From contig CM082594.2 of NCBI GenBank assembly GCA_040954595.2, positions 5,131,319 through 5,195,318 of the forward strand: DNA of 64,000 bases, given 5' to 3'. The stretch comes from Balanoglossus misakiensis (taxonomy: Eukaryota; Animalia; Hemichordata). Both the position numbers and the translations under genes were made by a program. The notes beneath the pieces were generated by a model. The model worked only from the letters and a program-made list of their open reading frames with translations, did not search any database and was not told where the DNA came from. Positions 41,485 through 55,500 of this stretch are shown here, piece after piece. Positions within the stretch are counted from its first letter, which is position 1. Every line of letters begins with the position of its first letter.

Positions 41485-43146
41485 CCGTGCGTCTTAAAAA
41501 CGCGGCATTGTTGGTATGCAAATATCCAGCGTTGGAAAAAAAGTGACAACTTGACGGCGATGAGGGATGATGGATACGGCGATTGATTTCCTCGCCTTCT
41601 CCGCCCTCGCCGTCAGCGCTGATTGGCCCGCGCCGTTGCTGGGGGGGGGGGGGGTGAAATTACGACCGTGGCAAATCACCGTCTTCAGTTCAAGCGATGA
41701 CCCAAGGAGAAAATCGGTGTACATCGCGTCACAAGTGACGTCAACTGCGCCCAAGAACCGCGAGAACTCATACGGTAATTCTGCGACATACATAGTTTGA
41801 CGTACGCACGCAAACGCGTATACCAAAACAGCAAACTCGTCATATTCGACAGTAGCAGTCACTCATAATCCGGGTACTTACAAAGAGAACAAATTATGAA
41901 AAGGTCTTTGCAATGGACTACGCCCTACCCACATGCACATTAAGTGGTCCGGTGACCACGGCACGCGCGTGTTGCCCAGCAACCGGCATCGGTGCCAGAA
42001 TTCTTTACACAGGACAAACCAACAATTTATACCGCATTCTTCCCTGAAACGTTTCATTATGGAAGAAAATTTTCATAGATAATATGGCACATTTGGTGGA
42101 TTGAAATTTAACGAATTGAATAGACAAAAATCATTGGTCTTGGATGCAGTGCAACGATGTGTATTATAGGGGTAAATGGTGGTTATGAAATGAGAGTACA
42201 GATGACACCGATTTCAGACTAAGAATCGATCGGAGGATAAAATTGTACCAGAAGGCCAGATTCAAACTGCAACAGGTCGTGTTCAATCCCAAGTGTCCTT
42301 CGACAATCGTTTAGTTCCCTTTCTCAAAATACCGATAAGTTGAAAATACTCAGAATTTACGAATTGGGGCATCTGATACTAGTAGTTCGTTTTTGAAGGC
42401 TGTTGAAATCCATGTCAAGATGTATCGTTTAATAGATTTTCAAGGAAGTCTTAAAGTTTCAATAATTATGGAAACCTCGCAGTCTACATTTCTATGACCT
42501 CACAACTACGCAGTTATTGGTCGGGATGGTCATTTTCTGAAAATTATCAAAAGACTATCTAAGAATCCAACGTCGCTCATCAATTTGATTTGAATCTTTC
42601 GGTATATATCGCTTTGATAGTTACTTCATCAGGTTTAACCAAGGTTAATCGTCACTATTTCAAGAAAAAAACACCTGACCATATACATGTACATACACCA
42701 TTTATATATATTTACAATGATCATGATGTTTTTCCACTTCTTTCAGTTACGAAAGTGTAGACCTACTAACGCTTAAGGCTTCCTTGGCTTAGAATTGCCC
42801 GGTCTGCGACAGAGGGAGACAGCTTAAGCCAGAAAGCGGGGATGGTGATTGCAGCACGCAGACCACACGGTAGAAGAACTTTTTTCAGACTGCCCACACT
42901 GATATCATTTGCTTGGTATTCTCTCGGGAGGTTCAAGCGTCAAACAAGACACCCTTCATGCACCTGGTCTAAACCGTAATCGCGAAATGGGTTCACGAAG
43001 AACATTGGCCAATCAGAGACCATTGTGCTATACAAGAACAAAGCGCGTCATGTCTCTGTTTAGTTATCGCTCGCATAACACGTTTACGGATGAGCACCCT
43101 CATATAGGTTCGTTATGTCTGGGGACTGTAGTATACAAGGTTAACT

Positions 43147-43182
43147 CATAGACCCCCAGAGAGAGTTTCTCTAGGGTCTATG
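43147..43182. mobile_element. Minimal TIR-only element CATAGACCC...GGGTCTATG (36 bp), same family as 63791-63822
   Basis: Terminal inverted repeat; flanks GTTAACT / GTTAAAC resemble a decayed 7-bp TSD. Confidence 0.6.
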
Positions 43183-46100
43183 GTTAAACATAACGATCAA
43201 CTCTACCGTGTGCCCACAATATACATTCTGCGCGAGTCAACGCGTATAGTTGCGCACAATTCTGCGACCTTTTCACTTCGACGTTTCTCCGAGAAGTCTC
43301 AAATAATTACTCTTCTTCTGAATGCTGTCATTTTCGGTGTACATATAGTTTTTTCTTCTTCCTCAAATTGCCAAGAACCGGGACTGAGGATTTGAATACA
43401 TCGGGTTTCCATGTACGCGATATGCACGCGAGTTAGGGTAGTCTTATACGACTTCTCTAGCCAACTTCTTTCAACTTGGTGATTTGGTAGACTAGGACTG
43501 TCTTTTCACCAACATTTAATACATTATGCTTAATAAATGGCACTAATTATAATGTGAAAATGACAGTAAAACTTTAGCCGCCTCGAAAACTAAACCCGTT
43601 CGACTAATAAACCTCACAGAGTTAACTTTGACGCCAATACAAATACCAGCAGCTAGTAGCAGCTGCATAAATTAGAACATGACATTTAGGATCTAAGTGT
43701 TTTCACATTTTTCATCGATAAAGATAAAAACTAGAAACGCGGACCGCTATCGAAAAGGAGCATTCCTGATCATCTTAAATGTTCAAGTCTGAATAAGTCC
43801 TATATAAAAATGATAAAAGGAAATGAGCTCCGAAAATTGATTATCATCTGGCAGATCTGACTCTTAAGTATAAAATCCAATTTCTAAGAATGAATGTGCG
43901 ACTTTCAGTTAATCACGGAACTTGGGATTCTTTTGTATGCGCATACAGCTATCATCCATCAAACATTTAAAAAAGTCTGTCCCCTATCTCAGGTGACAAT
44001 TCCTCTGCCGTGTCTTTGCTGAATGTGATGTACTCAAAGACGCGCCTCGCATGCCTGTACAGCCTTATCTATCACCGCGTCGCGCAGTGAAAGCGAACAA
44101 CAATGCGAGTCGAAATTGATTTCAAGTCATCTCCAAACGGGCCATAATTTAATCCTGACAGCGAGTAATTTGCTGCAGGCGGCCACCTGCTTCGCCGCAC
44201 GGCGTCTTTTTTTTGGGGGGGGGGCGCCCGCTAATCGGAAGCGTTTCCCCCCGATGACAGACTATAACTGCCACGGACTACTGTACTCCTATTCAGTGTT
44301 CCTAAGACTGATCTCGTTCGGAATTCACCTCTGAAATGGGAGACCTGAGGTTTTGTCAGTGGAGGAGGTGATATGGGGGGGGGGGAGAGGCTCGTCATTG
44401 ATTTCTGTCAGCATCACTCTACTCGGTTCTGACGGTACAATTAATCGCACTTAACATTAATCACAAAAGCCACGCCTTCTCCAGTTCTTGGAATATTATC
44501 GCGATCCCCTACGTCAGAGACCTGTCCGCGCGCCATGCATACAAATCCTTCTGCGTGACGCTAACTAGCGAATAACTTCAAAGGGTGCAAAATTAAAGTA
44601 ATATTAACTTTTTAAAACTTCTCTTTTATTCCCATTGTCACTAAAGATGCAGCTCCCGATTCGTTACGCAAAACATCTCGGGGCCGCCAAGCCCAAGTCC
44701 CGCGACGCGTAAAACCACTGTGACGACGGTAAACAGAAGTCATGACGTAAGCATGATCAACTGGACGCAAGCCATGGCATGTGCATCGATGATCCCATGA
44801 CAACGTGTTCAACGCTATAAGCGGCGACAAGAAAAAGGAAGAGACTTATTTTGAGCATGCGTACACAAGATGAACGGTGACGTCAATTGGTAAATACTAA
44901 GTTCTTGGGAGTTGAGCACACTTAACTTTGATTTGAAAATAAAATGTTGTTTTCTTTCCACCATTTGGTACAGCCTATATGTAACGTTGAAATGAGAACA
45001 CATGGTGCTATTTTAACATTTTATGGTCTAATTGCTAGCCAGGTAATATAAGTCAAGCTTTGTATGAAACTCAAATAGGTGCTGCGTATAACAAAAAATT
45101 GCAACTTTCGTATCGTTTCTCAGGATGGGCCATGTGTTGTTTGTCCCACGTCATATGAGAATGTCCTCCCATATCAACCGCCTATAGCCACGCGAGATCT
45201 TGCAGGGTCTCGCGGAGTTCGGAAACTGGTCTATTGAACGTCTTCAACCTCTCTTGTTTCAAATACTAGTATTTAGAGAGACAATCCTGTATGTACAATA
45301 AGACAGCGGCAGATAGTTATACTCAATACGTTTCTAGGAGCATTTAAGATTATTTTTTGAGTGAACTGTCCTGATTATAAACAAATTTTTGTGTCGCTTA
45401 ATCTCCCCCTCTTTATTACCTATGAGAATAATTGAGTAGTTTTTTTTAAATACTAAATGAAGTGATATTACCTGAAGGTTACTCTACTAACACTGGGACT
45501 ACCAGCCTGATACATGTACAATGTTCCCTACACGAAATTCCCTATCGTTGACTAATTTCACACTAGCAAGGTTAATCCCCCATTTACCTAGTATTTAATT
45601 TTCACTTACATGACAGAGTAAGACTCGATTTGAAAGGCTTTGATCTGTAAGAAAATCCGTCCCCGAATCGCATTAGTCCCCCGATCGGAGTCAGAAATTG
45701 TGCATATTCTCTGAAGAAAGAGCAAAGCTGAAAGGATGCAGCACATTCTATGAGTAAATTCCGACGATTTCCGTTCTCTGATCGTAAGGTACTTAAGGGG
45801 TAGCGTCAAATGGGTCCTGACATTCAAGTGATAATTAACCCCGTTTGGACACCTGCCCCACGGTTGTTCCGTCTGTTTATCTCGCGCGTACATGTTACGC
45901 TCACAGGATGTGCCACGTCAGTTACCCGAAGGATTTGACCGTTTATTAACGCATTAGTTTACGGACACAACTCGGGGACAGATTTCCAAAACGATATTTA
46001 TCGTACGGTTCTCCAAACTTTTCAATTCTTTCCCATATAAAAGTGTCTGCGAAGTCTTTACCTTCTTGTTGTCGTCATGAAAATCGCTACTTTTAATTGG

Positions 46101-47208
46101 CGGCCATTTTGAATTTCGACTTGGTCATTCAAAATTTTAAGCGATGACTCCCAATTTTATTCCAAATGTTAACAGAGAATGTTCTACCTCACTCACAACA
46201 GTACCACCAAGGCCGTGGAACCTCAAAATTCCGGAATTCGACGGAAGCCTTGTCTATCCAAGCAAAACATTAATTTTCCGCTAGATGTCATTAATAGAAC
46301 AGGAAAGTTATCTTTTGAGATTTCTTTTTACAAACGTGTAGTATCACTCTTTAAAAAATAATATGCCCATTATCTAAAGACAGAAAATCATAACGTCAAT
46401 AAAAATCAGGCATTTTCACCTGAAACTGGTACACCCTCCATGAGTAATGATACTCAAACAAATAAACTGCATAAAATGTAAAACGACAGCGCCGCCAACG
46501 CTACCGACAGTAAATGATTTTCTGTACACTTATTTGTCCATGAAATTTTACTTTCGACTCTAGGCGGCACCATAGACATCTTTTTTCTAGTTCGTTGCGG
46601 TGCACTATTAGCTATGACTTCTTGTCGAAAGTTTTAAACTAGGGATGTAAACGAAAAAATGTGGAAGAAAAATAGCGAAGCGTTGATCTCATGTATTCCC
46701 GTTCTTAATTACATTGGACGCGAAAAATAAAGGTAATTTAACAAACAGCCTATCAACAACAAAAGAACAAGCAAAACTCCTCATCATTCGAACATTGCCT
46801 TTGATAAGAGTAAACACTCTCGCGTCCATTTCCGTCAACCGAAGGACGTGAAACCACAAAATATGGGACTCGATGCCTTGTTAGTGTCCCCAGGAAAATG
46901 TAATTTTCCGCTGGTCCGGCTAGATATATCCATTCTCCGTCCTTCACGGAGCAGGAAATCCATTTTTGGAGTCGTCTCTTCCTTGTTGTTCGCTCCTCTT
47001 TGCAGATGTCGCTTCCTCTAGAAACCTTCTCTTTGAGTTTTTATTTTTACAGACGATGTCGTTTCCCTCTTTTAGAAAGAATACGCTGATTATCCGAAGA
47101 ACGATAACCATAACCATGATAACGACAATAAATTTCAGATATGTCTATCTGAAACTGTTTAAACCATTCACGACTGACGACAGGAACGTCCCGATGCATA
47201 ACAAACTT

Positions 47209-47314
47209 GTCTGGTTCCCTGCCCCATTCCCACCGCTGGCTGCGCTACGCTAAAGGGAAAGGAACCCTTTAGCGTAGCGCAGCCAGCGGTGGAAATGGGG
47301 CAGGAAAACCAGAC
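47209..47314. repeat. Near-perfect GC-rich hairpin (~49 bp arms, 7 nt loop), probable MITE
   Basis: GTCTGGTT.CCTGCCCCATT.CCACCGCTGGCTGCGCTACGCTAAAGGG-aaaggaa-reverse complement. Confidence 0.85.
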
Positions 47315-47811
47315 CAACACCAGTCTGTTGTGCCACGTGGAGTTGTTATGTGTTCACACACGCTACGAGGTTGATAAATTGAATGTGTTTGTGTATACCC
47401 ACCAGATAACTCACGCAAATGGAACATTCTAAGTTCGAAAGTAAAACCATGAAAACAATGCAACATATCACCTATTGGTTTATGTGCCTCGCAGTGCGTC
47501 TGCGTGGCTGGATGCTGTAAGCAGACGACCAACGTGTTTGTCAGACAAATCATCTCACCGGGGGGGGGGGGCGCGCGCATGGTGTAGCGGAGAGACTTTT
47601 TTAATAACCGTAGCAACAAGTTGCTAGCCAAGTGATACAAGTAAACCCATTTATAAAATGTATAGTGGAATATCACAAATACTCGGACTAATGGTATTCA
47701 ACAGGAAGTTCATGCGTGTTGGCTTGCAGATGTCGTGATCATCGAGGTCTAATTATAAAACAATGGAATTTGTATGGTTTGAGCCATCGCGATACCAAGG
47801 TTATGGAAGTG

Positions 47812-47875
47812 TATAAATTTACAATCTTGGCATCCTTGCTTTGTAGTCCGTGTTTTTCTGACGCCGACGAAACAG
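47812..47875 (+). promoter_or_regulatory. Putative TATA box and short non-coding first exon of NPY-type gene 1
   Basis: TATAAAT 47812-47818, Inr-like TAGT ~47844, consensus donor CAG|gtgagt at 47875, matching acceptor ttttcttccaacag ending 48585. Confidence 0.55.
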
Positions 47876-48659
47876 GTGAGTGTTGGTGCCAAACTTTGGC
47901 ATTATAACTGCCGAGACGATCGATCTATCGGTGGAGTTCTTTCAAAATGCCAGAAATCTTGTTTCTTTTCTTATCCAGCCAAGAATTCATTGAGGTGGCT
48001 TTTCGACGCAGACGTCGGGGTTGAGCATTTGTAAGGCTCTTTCGAAAAAAGTAAATTTCTCGAAAGTTGATCAGCTCACACGGTTTGAAAGTTCTATGCA
48101 ACAGGTTGGTACGTTGAACAGCAAGTTCAAACCAAAAGCAATTAGGCGCGAAATGCGTATCATCCGTCGAGGACCTCCATATCATATTTTGATCAGACAT
48201 AAATTTTGTGGAAAATTACGAAGATCTTGAACGTATAGACGCCCTGCCCGCGTAAAATTGATGTTGAATGTCGTCAGAAATGACATCGCGTCCGGACCTG
48301 GCGTGGTCTAGCCGCGATTATCGTGCGAGATGAAGGGAGAATATACAACAAGGTGCCACCTTATCAGAAAACGAAATCACGATGCGCACGATTAATTTGA
48401 CAAGCAAATTAATAGCCTATACATGTCTATCACTTTCCGCTCATTCTGTTTGTCTAGTAAAATACCCACGCAAAAGCGTCACGGACTTTCCGCCAAAGCT
48501 GCATCAAAAGAGGGAAAGTTCGTAATCCACGACCACACCTCCAGATACTAGATACAATCTTGCATATTTCATTTTCTTCCAACAGCCGATATAACCACCA
48601 GGACGGGAGAGACTCGACCACACTTAGTTTAATTCGGCTGCAGTAGACCTACATTCACA

Positions 48660-51160
48660 ATGCATTTGAAGCTGGTTGCTTTGCTTTTTGCTGCCGTCGC
48701 TTGTGCTGTGATTTGCTCGGCGGACGGAGGCGTCGTGTTCGACCAGGTGAAGAAAGGCTCGCCGCAGAAACCCGCCCCGCCCGCAGATGGTGCTAACCTC
48801 AGGGATTGGCAAAGGTACCTCATCGCTTTGAGGGCCTATAGACGATACATTGATACTTTGAGGTGAGTGTATTGACAGCTGAGGATTCTAGCACGCGATG
48901 ATGTTGTTCTGGGGGGGGGGGATAACGGTTCATGCTCTGATTTGTTGATCGATTTTCTTATCAAACTGTGTCTAAGAAGCGTTGACTGGTGTGTGGCGCA
49001 TATATCTTGCATCAAATGGACGCAACATTTTCACTTGACTTTATTTAGGCCTAGGTACTTTGTTTGAGGGTGGGATGGGTGGAACAAATTCATCCTCTTG
49101 GGGGAGGGGGGTCTGTCAGTGAAAGAGAAACTGTTAGAGCAAAAACTTTTTTCGTCGCGTTTTCCGCACTTCCAAACCATTCGTTTAGCGGAGGGGAGAC
49201 TTAGTTGAGTTGTTTTCTTTTTCGTTGTTTCCTTATGGTTGGAACTACCTAGCTTAAAAGGGGATTGTATGTTTCGTAAGATGTAGATAAAAACGCATGT
49301 TCGCGTCTGCAAGAACCATTTAGCGATGATCTACAGCAACCACTTTCCGAAGTGACTGAAAAATGCAAACTACAATAAAATGCAGACAAAAAATCTAACA
49401 TGCGGACTTTTCGTAGTTCAAACCGTAGACTGAGTGTGTGTATGTATGCATAGTAGTACACCATTTCTGATGAGTTCAATGAAGTTAATTCGACAGAGAC
49501 TATTGATAGTGTGCCTGGCAAATGCTGTTATGTATGAGAAGTGTTTTTGCTCAGCGAAACATGCCGGGCGTTGATAGGTAGACCATCACCCTCCTTTTTA
49601 AAGTTTCTCGTCACGAGAATAGTTCGTCTGTTCGAACTAATAAACGCAAGATGCGCTATGATTTGACGCATTTCAATGTAACGAAATCTCTTTCCGATAG
49701 ACAGACTTCTTTTAGATTCAGGATTCTTTCAGAAAATATTTTCCTTTACACGTGGAAAACAGTGCACAAACTCGCGACCGCCGTCAAGAACTTGTACAAA
49801 GCGATGACAGAATACTCTATTTCGAAGCCCATTTCTGCGCGTGTATATCAATTATACAGAAATCACGAGAACCTTAACCCCTGATTTCTAGATAAGGCCC
49901 ACTGTAAATGCAAATTCGAAACCTCGTCGACGATTTCGATTCCCCTGGTGACAAGGTGTTCAGGTTTTGCCAATCAAGAGAACGGAGATATCCTTTTAAT
50001 TTCGATGTAAAAACCGGCGTAAATCTCTCCTCGCTTCATAGAAGTGCCGCGAGAACGAGAGTCAATGTCACGTCATGGGCGTGGAAACCGAGAGTGGATT
50101 CGAATAAATGTGATATTATTCCTAGATCTCACAGTCAGTTGTAGATATCAACACATTAAAGCAAGGTCCGGATTTTAATAGTTCTCGTCAACTGAGCTAT
50201 TACCGCTCCATATATATTCATTAGGCGAGTCGTATACGCGTAGAGATAGAGAGTGCGGGGATTTCCTTAAATCTTCGGACGTCACTCAAAGAGATAAATC
50301 TTGGCCTGTGGGTGACATGATGAAACGTTTTCTATTTCCTTCCGTTATCAGGAGAGCGGTACTTACACGGTCCCGGAGGTGCCGTAACTTATCCCGGTCG
50401 TGATAAAAAGGATGCGTTTACTTTCGCCGGAATTTCTGCTCTTCTCGCGTCGTCAACCCTCGACGTTGAACTTTCTCTTTAACAAAGAGACATTGTCGGT
50501 CACTTTTGACATTATTTTGGTCATTTTAGATTCTTTTGAAATTTATGTTGTCTGCTCACGGGACTATTTGAGTCATGCCATTGCAAACCTTTATATTCTT
50601 TTATATACGAGTTCGCTAATTAAGATGTTTACCCTCGCGGTAAATGATTATCAAGTACTTGCAGTGTAGGCCTAACCAGAGTTATTTCCTCCGGGTTACA
50701 GATACGGCCGCAGCGCCCGCTCACAGACTACTCCGATGGAAGAATTGTTGGACGACGACACAGAAAACCTGGATGTTAAAGAATTGAGCATTGATATCGA
50801 TGAAGATCCCCAAAGTGCTATGGACGCTGTGCGCCCCAAAAACGACAGAAAGATATGGATGTCAATACTGGTGAGTACATTACTAGTAATTCCATTAAAA
50901 TTATCCGACGATAATGTTATGCGCATGTGCGTAGTTTCGTGTGTACTTGCCAACATTTCCAAATTTTCTTCAAATTTTGCGTTCGACGCATTCAGTTAAT
51001 GCACTGCCTTAGCTAAAATGTACGTCACCGTAGCCGTCTAATGGTCAAATTTGGACGATTCTAGCGCTAAAAGTCGAAAGATGGACGTTTACAGTGTATT
51101 AATTAAGTTCCACTCTGTGTTGTTCATTTTCAGATAAAAAGTTTGCTGAACCTGCTGTGA
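48660..51160 (+). CDS. NPY: Neuropeptide Y/F-type precursor 1, ~132 aa; predicted mature (G)SPQKPAPPADGANLRDWQRYLIALRAYRRYIDTLRY-amide
   Basis: Exons 48660-48862 (signal peptide, KK site, peptide, ends AG|gtgagt), 50702-50870 (A TAC GGC CGC = R-Y-G-R, acidic C-peptide), 51134-51160. The 36-mer aligns without gaps to vertebrate NPY (P2,K4,P5,P8,A12,D16,R19,Y20,A23,L24,R25,Y27,I31,R35,Y36 identical) and has the conserved phase-2 intron in the Arg codon. Confidence 0.9.
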
Positions 51161-52592
51161 AAAGCTGGTATCAGAAGAACAAGACTCGTCGAAACTGACG
51201 ACAGTTAACGCGGTTTGTTTAATTTGTTGACATGCGAAAGGCGAGATTATTATTTGTGATTTGGAATTCTTAAAACAGGATTACTACAGGCACGGTTTTT
51301 GGGGAAATCGTCTCGTGTGACAGCGCAGAGAAACTACGAAAACTTGACACAGAAGCACATGTACAAGCAAATAAAACCTTGTATCGTTTCATTTAAATGT
51401 CTGTTCCACTGTATGCCTCCATTTTTGTTTTAGTGCCTTCTCCGATAATAAAGAGTTATTTTCAAAAGAGCTATTCCGAGAATGTCGCTTTCTTATTTGA
51501 TGGTACTGAGTGCCTTGAAGACATTGCAAAATGATTTTGTGCTCCAGTCCTGATTGTCATAGGGGGTACTCAACAGGTTGCAAGGACCCCCTAAGTTCAG
51601 TAATAAAGATCGTACTCGTTGGCAGCCATCTTTGTCAGTGATAACTTGTCCAATGTCGTCTGAATGTTTTCCTATTGGCCGCAGTGCCATAGTCTTACAA
51701 TACTGCTAGTCAAAAATTCTGACTGCCAAGTTTCACGATACTTTGAACACAGACATTCCACAAAGTCCCTTATTTATCTTTGACTCGTCCAGACCAAAAA
51801 CAAGGTTGGACTAAATGCATTCACCATGCAGTGATCAAAACAGAGTCTTGCAGAAAAAGTATTGAAACAGAAAAATTAATAGGCTTTAGGGGCCAGTTGA
51901 AGATAGACATGTGAAAGAATAAAGCTCTGTACATAAGTATATAGATTTCAACTTTTTATTGAATGCACTTAGTGAAAATGTCAAAAACAACAAAATCCTC
52001 ATAATATCATGTGCGTGCGATTTGTGAGGTCCACATCGTCATGGAAACACGAGTGTAATACAGAGCCTTAACAATTAAAAATATAAACCTGTCAAGGTAA
52101 AATACGTGAAATAAATATAAAATAGTTGTGCCTTTGTCTTTATAAGTAAAGATTTCAACTCCCATAAACAGAATCAGACACCTTTTGAAAAACTGTCAAT
52201 AGGTTCAACATGTGCTCATAAAACGTGCCACTAAGGGCCTATATGATATGTATACGTGTATTACAACCTGTAGTAGATTTGACTTCAGATTGCATAAACC
52301 CTTGTTGCATACAACATGCTTCAGGCTTGAATCACCACATCTAATCTGCCTTAACAGCAGGAGTCTGATAGCTAGATCGTCGTATGACAACGCACGTGTA
52401 ATGAATTAACACAGAAGATAGCTTGCGTTCTGAAATTCACCCCTGAGGAATAGATTAATACTGATTTTTTTTTCTCTCATTCTCATTTTGATATGTTAAG
52501 ATTTCATGGTTTGGTCAGGTGTGTGAGGTCACACACTTCATGGTCAAGTTCACAAGCAGAAGCACAAATGTGTAATTCTCGTGAACTTCAAT

Positions 52593-55500
52593 TTATGGGT
52601 CTAGATCCAGCAGTGTGATGTTGCAGAATGTGATGTTACCACTGTGATGTAGTGAGCCATTCCCCCATGTACAGCCACTGGGGTCATCTGTTAGTGGAGG
52701 GAGGTCAACCAACAGGTAGACCAACAGACTGACGGCCAGGATCGTTAAGCACGAGAATAACGAGACGAGTCTCCTGTAGATGATGACTTTCACCGGCGCC
52801 TGGTCCGTATAATCGGGACTCACGCCGTCCCGATGACCAGAACTTGCCGGAGTTGCATCTTCGAGACATTCTGGGCTGTGGAGTTCATCACAGCCGTCAG
52901 AAACAGTGTTGCCATCGGCTTTGCTGTTGGTTGGTACAATCAGAGCGACATCTACACTTGACATTGGCCCGCCCTTCGCGTGACTGTTACAGTTTGACCT
53001 GTCTTCTGTGACGTTGACATCCGCGCTGATTTTAGAATCTGTCCTCCCATCACTCAGTAACGCCACTGGTGCTTCTTCCAATTGGACCATTTCCAGAGTA
53101 GCACCGTGAGTTCTCTTTTGGGCCTGTCAATGGACGTGGAACGCCAGACACAATTTCATTTCGATGTGAAACAAACTAACAGTGAACTCAGACGACATAC
53201 ATTTTATCATGTCAATACAGAGCCCTATTTTTCCAATTATAACCACACAAGGCAGGTCTTTACTTAATTCATGCATTCAAAGTGTTTGGTGGCTTTTAAA
53301 TGTACTTTTTCAAAAACTTGGACTTGGACTTTCTTACACTTGGATACACAGGCAGGGAATAAACAATCAATTATTACCGGTAGAATAACAAACACACTTA
53401 ATTAGCAATCTTATTCGGCTGGCCACATTAGGTTATATTTCTAAAAGAATGAGCTAGCCCTGCTCTAAAACAGAAAGCAGGTGAAAAGTCTCTCACCTTT
53501 GCTGCTTGTTTGCGCCAATTCAGTCTGCAGACACACAGGAGTAGAGAAAAGGCTTTGAATGCCAAGGCTATATCTAAACTAATCCAAACACCTAGACAAA
53601 AGAAGAATAGAAAAAAAATGACTATGAACCTCTGGTAAGGCCATCATCCACCACAACCTTCCATGTCTTTCTACTGTCTTTGAACAATCGTCGGAGGTGA
53701 AAACAGCCAGCAAGAAATTGGAAATTACCTTGTACACTAAAACCAGCCACTAGCACCAAAACAAACATTATGGGAATCGCTATGATATAATAAGTTATAA
53801 AGTTGACCAAGGCTCCAATCTTTTGAAGTCCTGAGCCTTGGAGGACACCGGTACATGTTTGCTGAAAATAGAGTACGTCAAAACATGAGTACCTAGAAGT
53901 ATGAGCAAAGAAACACGTTGCTTTATTTTTTCAAAGTTGTTTTGCACAGAAAAATGCTACGGTGAGTGATTGCGGAAAAAACAAAAACAACTGCAAAACA
54001 GATGGTTGAAACATCAACAACCTGATGATCGAAATCAACGCAAACGTTGACATAATATTGCAAAGAAAAGCATGTAGGTTTGCAACCTTAAAGGTCTAAT
54101 GCCATGCCCTATACAACCACGCGTAAAATCACTATTTGGGTCTTGAAGTTAACGTATGTTACTATCTTGCAATGCGTTTTGCCCCTTGTGCTTAGATAAC
54201 AAGCAAGTAAAAGTGGCGGGTGGGCGTGTACCCCTAACCCAACTCAGTCGAGTTTTTTCGGCTTTTCGAAGTTCAGTCGAAGGCTTATCTTGATGTGGAC
54301 AAATAGTCTTTCACACCTTTGTAAATCCTCTGCCTGTAATGTAAGGCAAGGGCTTCCTTTGCTTTGAACACTGTTTATATAGCTTGTCTTTGTCTGTGGA
54401 CTTAATTACTCATGGACTGCTAATTACACTTTACTGTTAGCAGAATGGTACACTAGAACATAAACCCCTTTCTCACGTGCCGTCAACGCCGCCCCAGTGG
54501 CGGTGCTAGGGCGGCGTTAATTTGTAAGTGCCACGTGTGAAAAGGTGAGAGCGGCCCTGCGCCGCTCTTTTTTTGTGACGGTGTTGAGGGGTGGGACCTG
54601 GGTCGGGGCGCCGCACTAAACAGCGATTCAAATCACGTGTGAACAGAAACACCGCACTAAACGCCGATCTAAACGCACTCTGCCGACGCGGTTTGAGGGG
54701 ATACAAGTGGCAGTTTCTAATGAGCTTGCATGTAAAATTACCCCTCTGAAAAGAGCGATGTTTAGCACCTTGCTTAGTCAACGGTCAATTTGCCTTGTTG
54801 CTGATGGTCATCAGTAAAATGAGGAGCCCCAAAACCTACAGGCAAAGCCTTGAGGTAGTCAGAACTTACTGCAGCTGGGGCTCTGCTGAAAAAATTGAGA
54901 CGCCCAGTGGAAGTGGTAGTGAAACTTGTAGCAAAGTTCATGGTGATAATTGCTAGGCAACTAGGTCTTGCCATTGTCTGGCTAAAAATACATCCCTGTG
55001 CGTGAATAAATTAAAAACGTCTGTGTCCCAAGGGACCAACTCAAAGCGTTCCCACATCCCGGTATGCTTTTACTACTAGCATGGAGTCATGCTACTAGTA
55101 TATTACGCACTGGTTTCAAAGCTGTAAGACTCACAGGCGGTACCGTAGAAGCGCTTATACTTATAGGATGACTGTACAAAAACTGGAAAAGTGTGGATTT
55201 TCTCGGATCTTCCATTTATTTGATGTGAAACAACAAATGGGACAAGTGGCGAAATGTGTCCTTGATTTTCAATCGCACCATGAAGCCTATTTGAACCTAA
55301 TTTGCATAAATGTCCGAGGGGGTCCTTCTGGCACTTTGACTCATTTTTACCCCCATTGTTTCATCTTTTTGTAAAGAATAATTATTTTTTCCTGGTCGAA
55401 CCCGAAGGATAGATTACGGTATACGCTGTTTGGGTATAAGTCCAGAGCTACATATACAGTAAACACATCACTGAATCCGCCATTGTGACCTTTAGCCACT

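Noticed and set aside
47803-47875. Signal-peptide-like ORF MEVYKFTILASLLCSPCFS as a third neuropeptide gene
   Set aside because: Its ATG lies upstream of the TATA box and no matching downstream coding exon was found; better explained as promoter plus 5' UTR exon of NPY-1.
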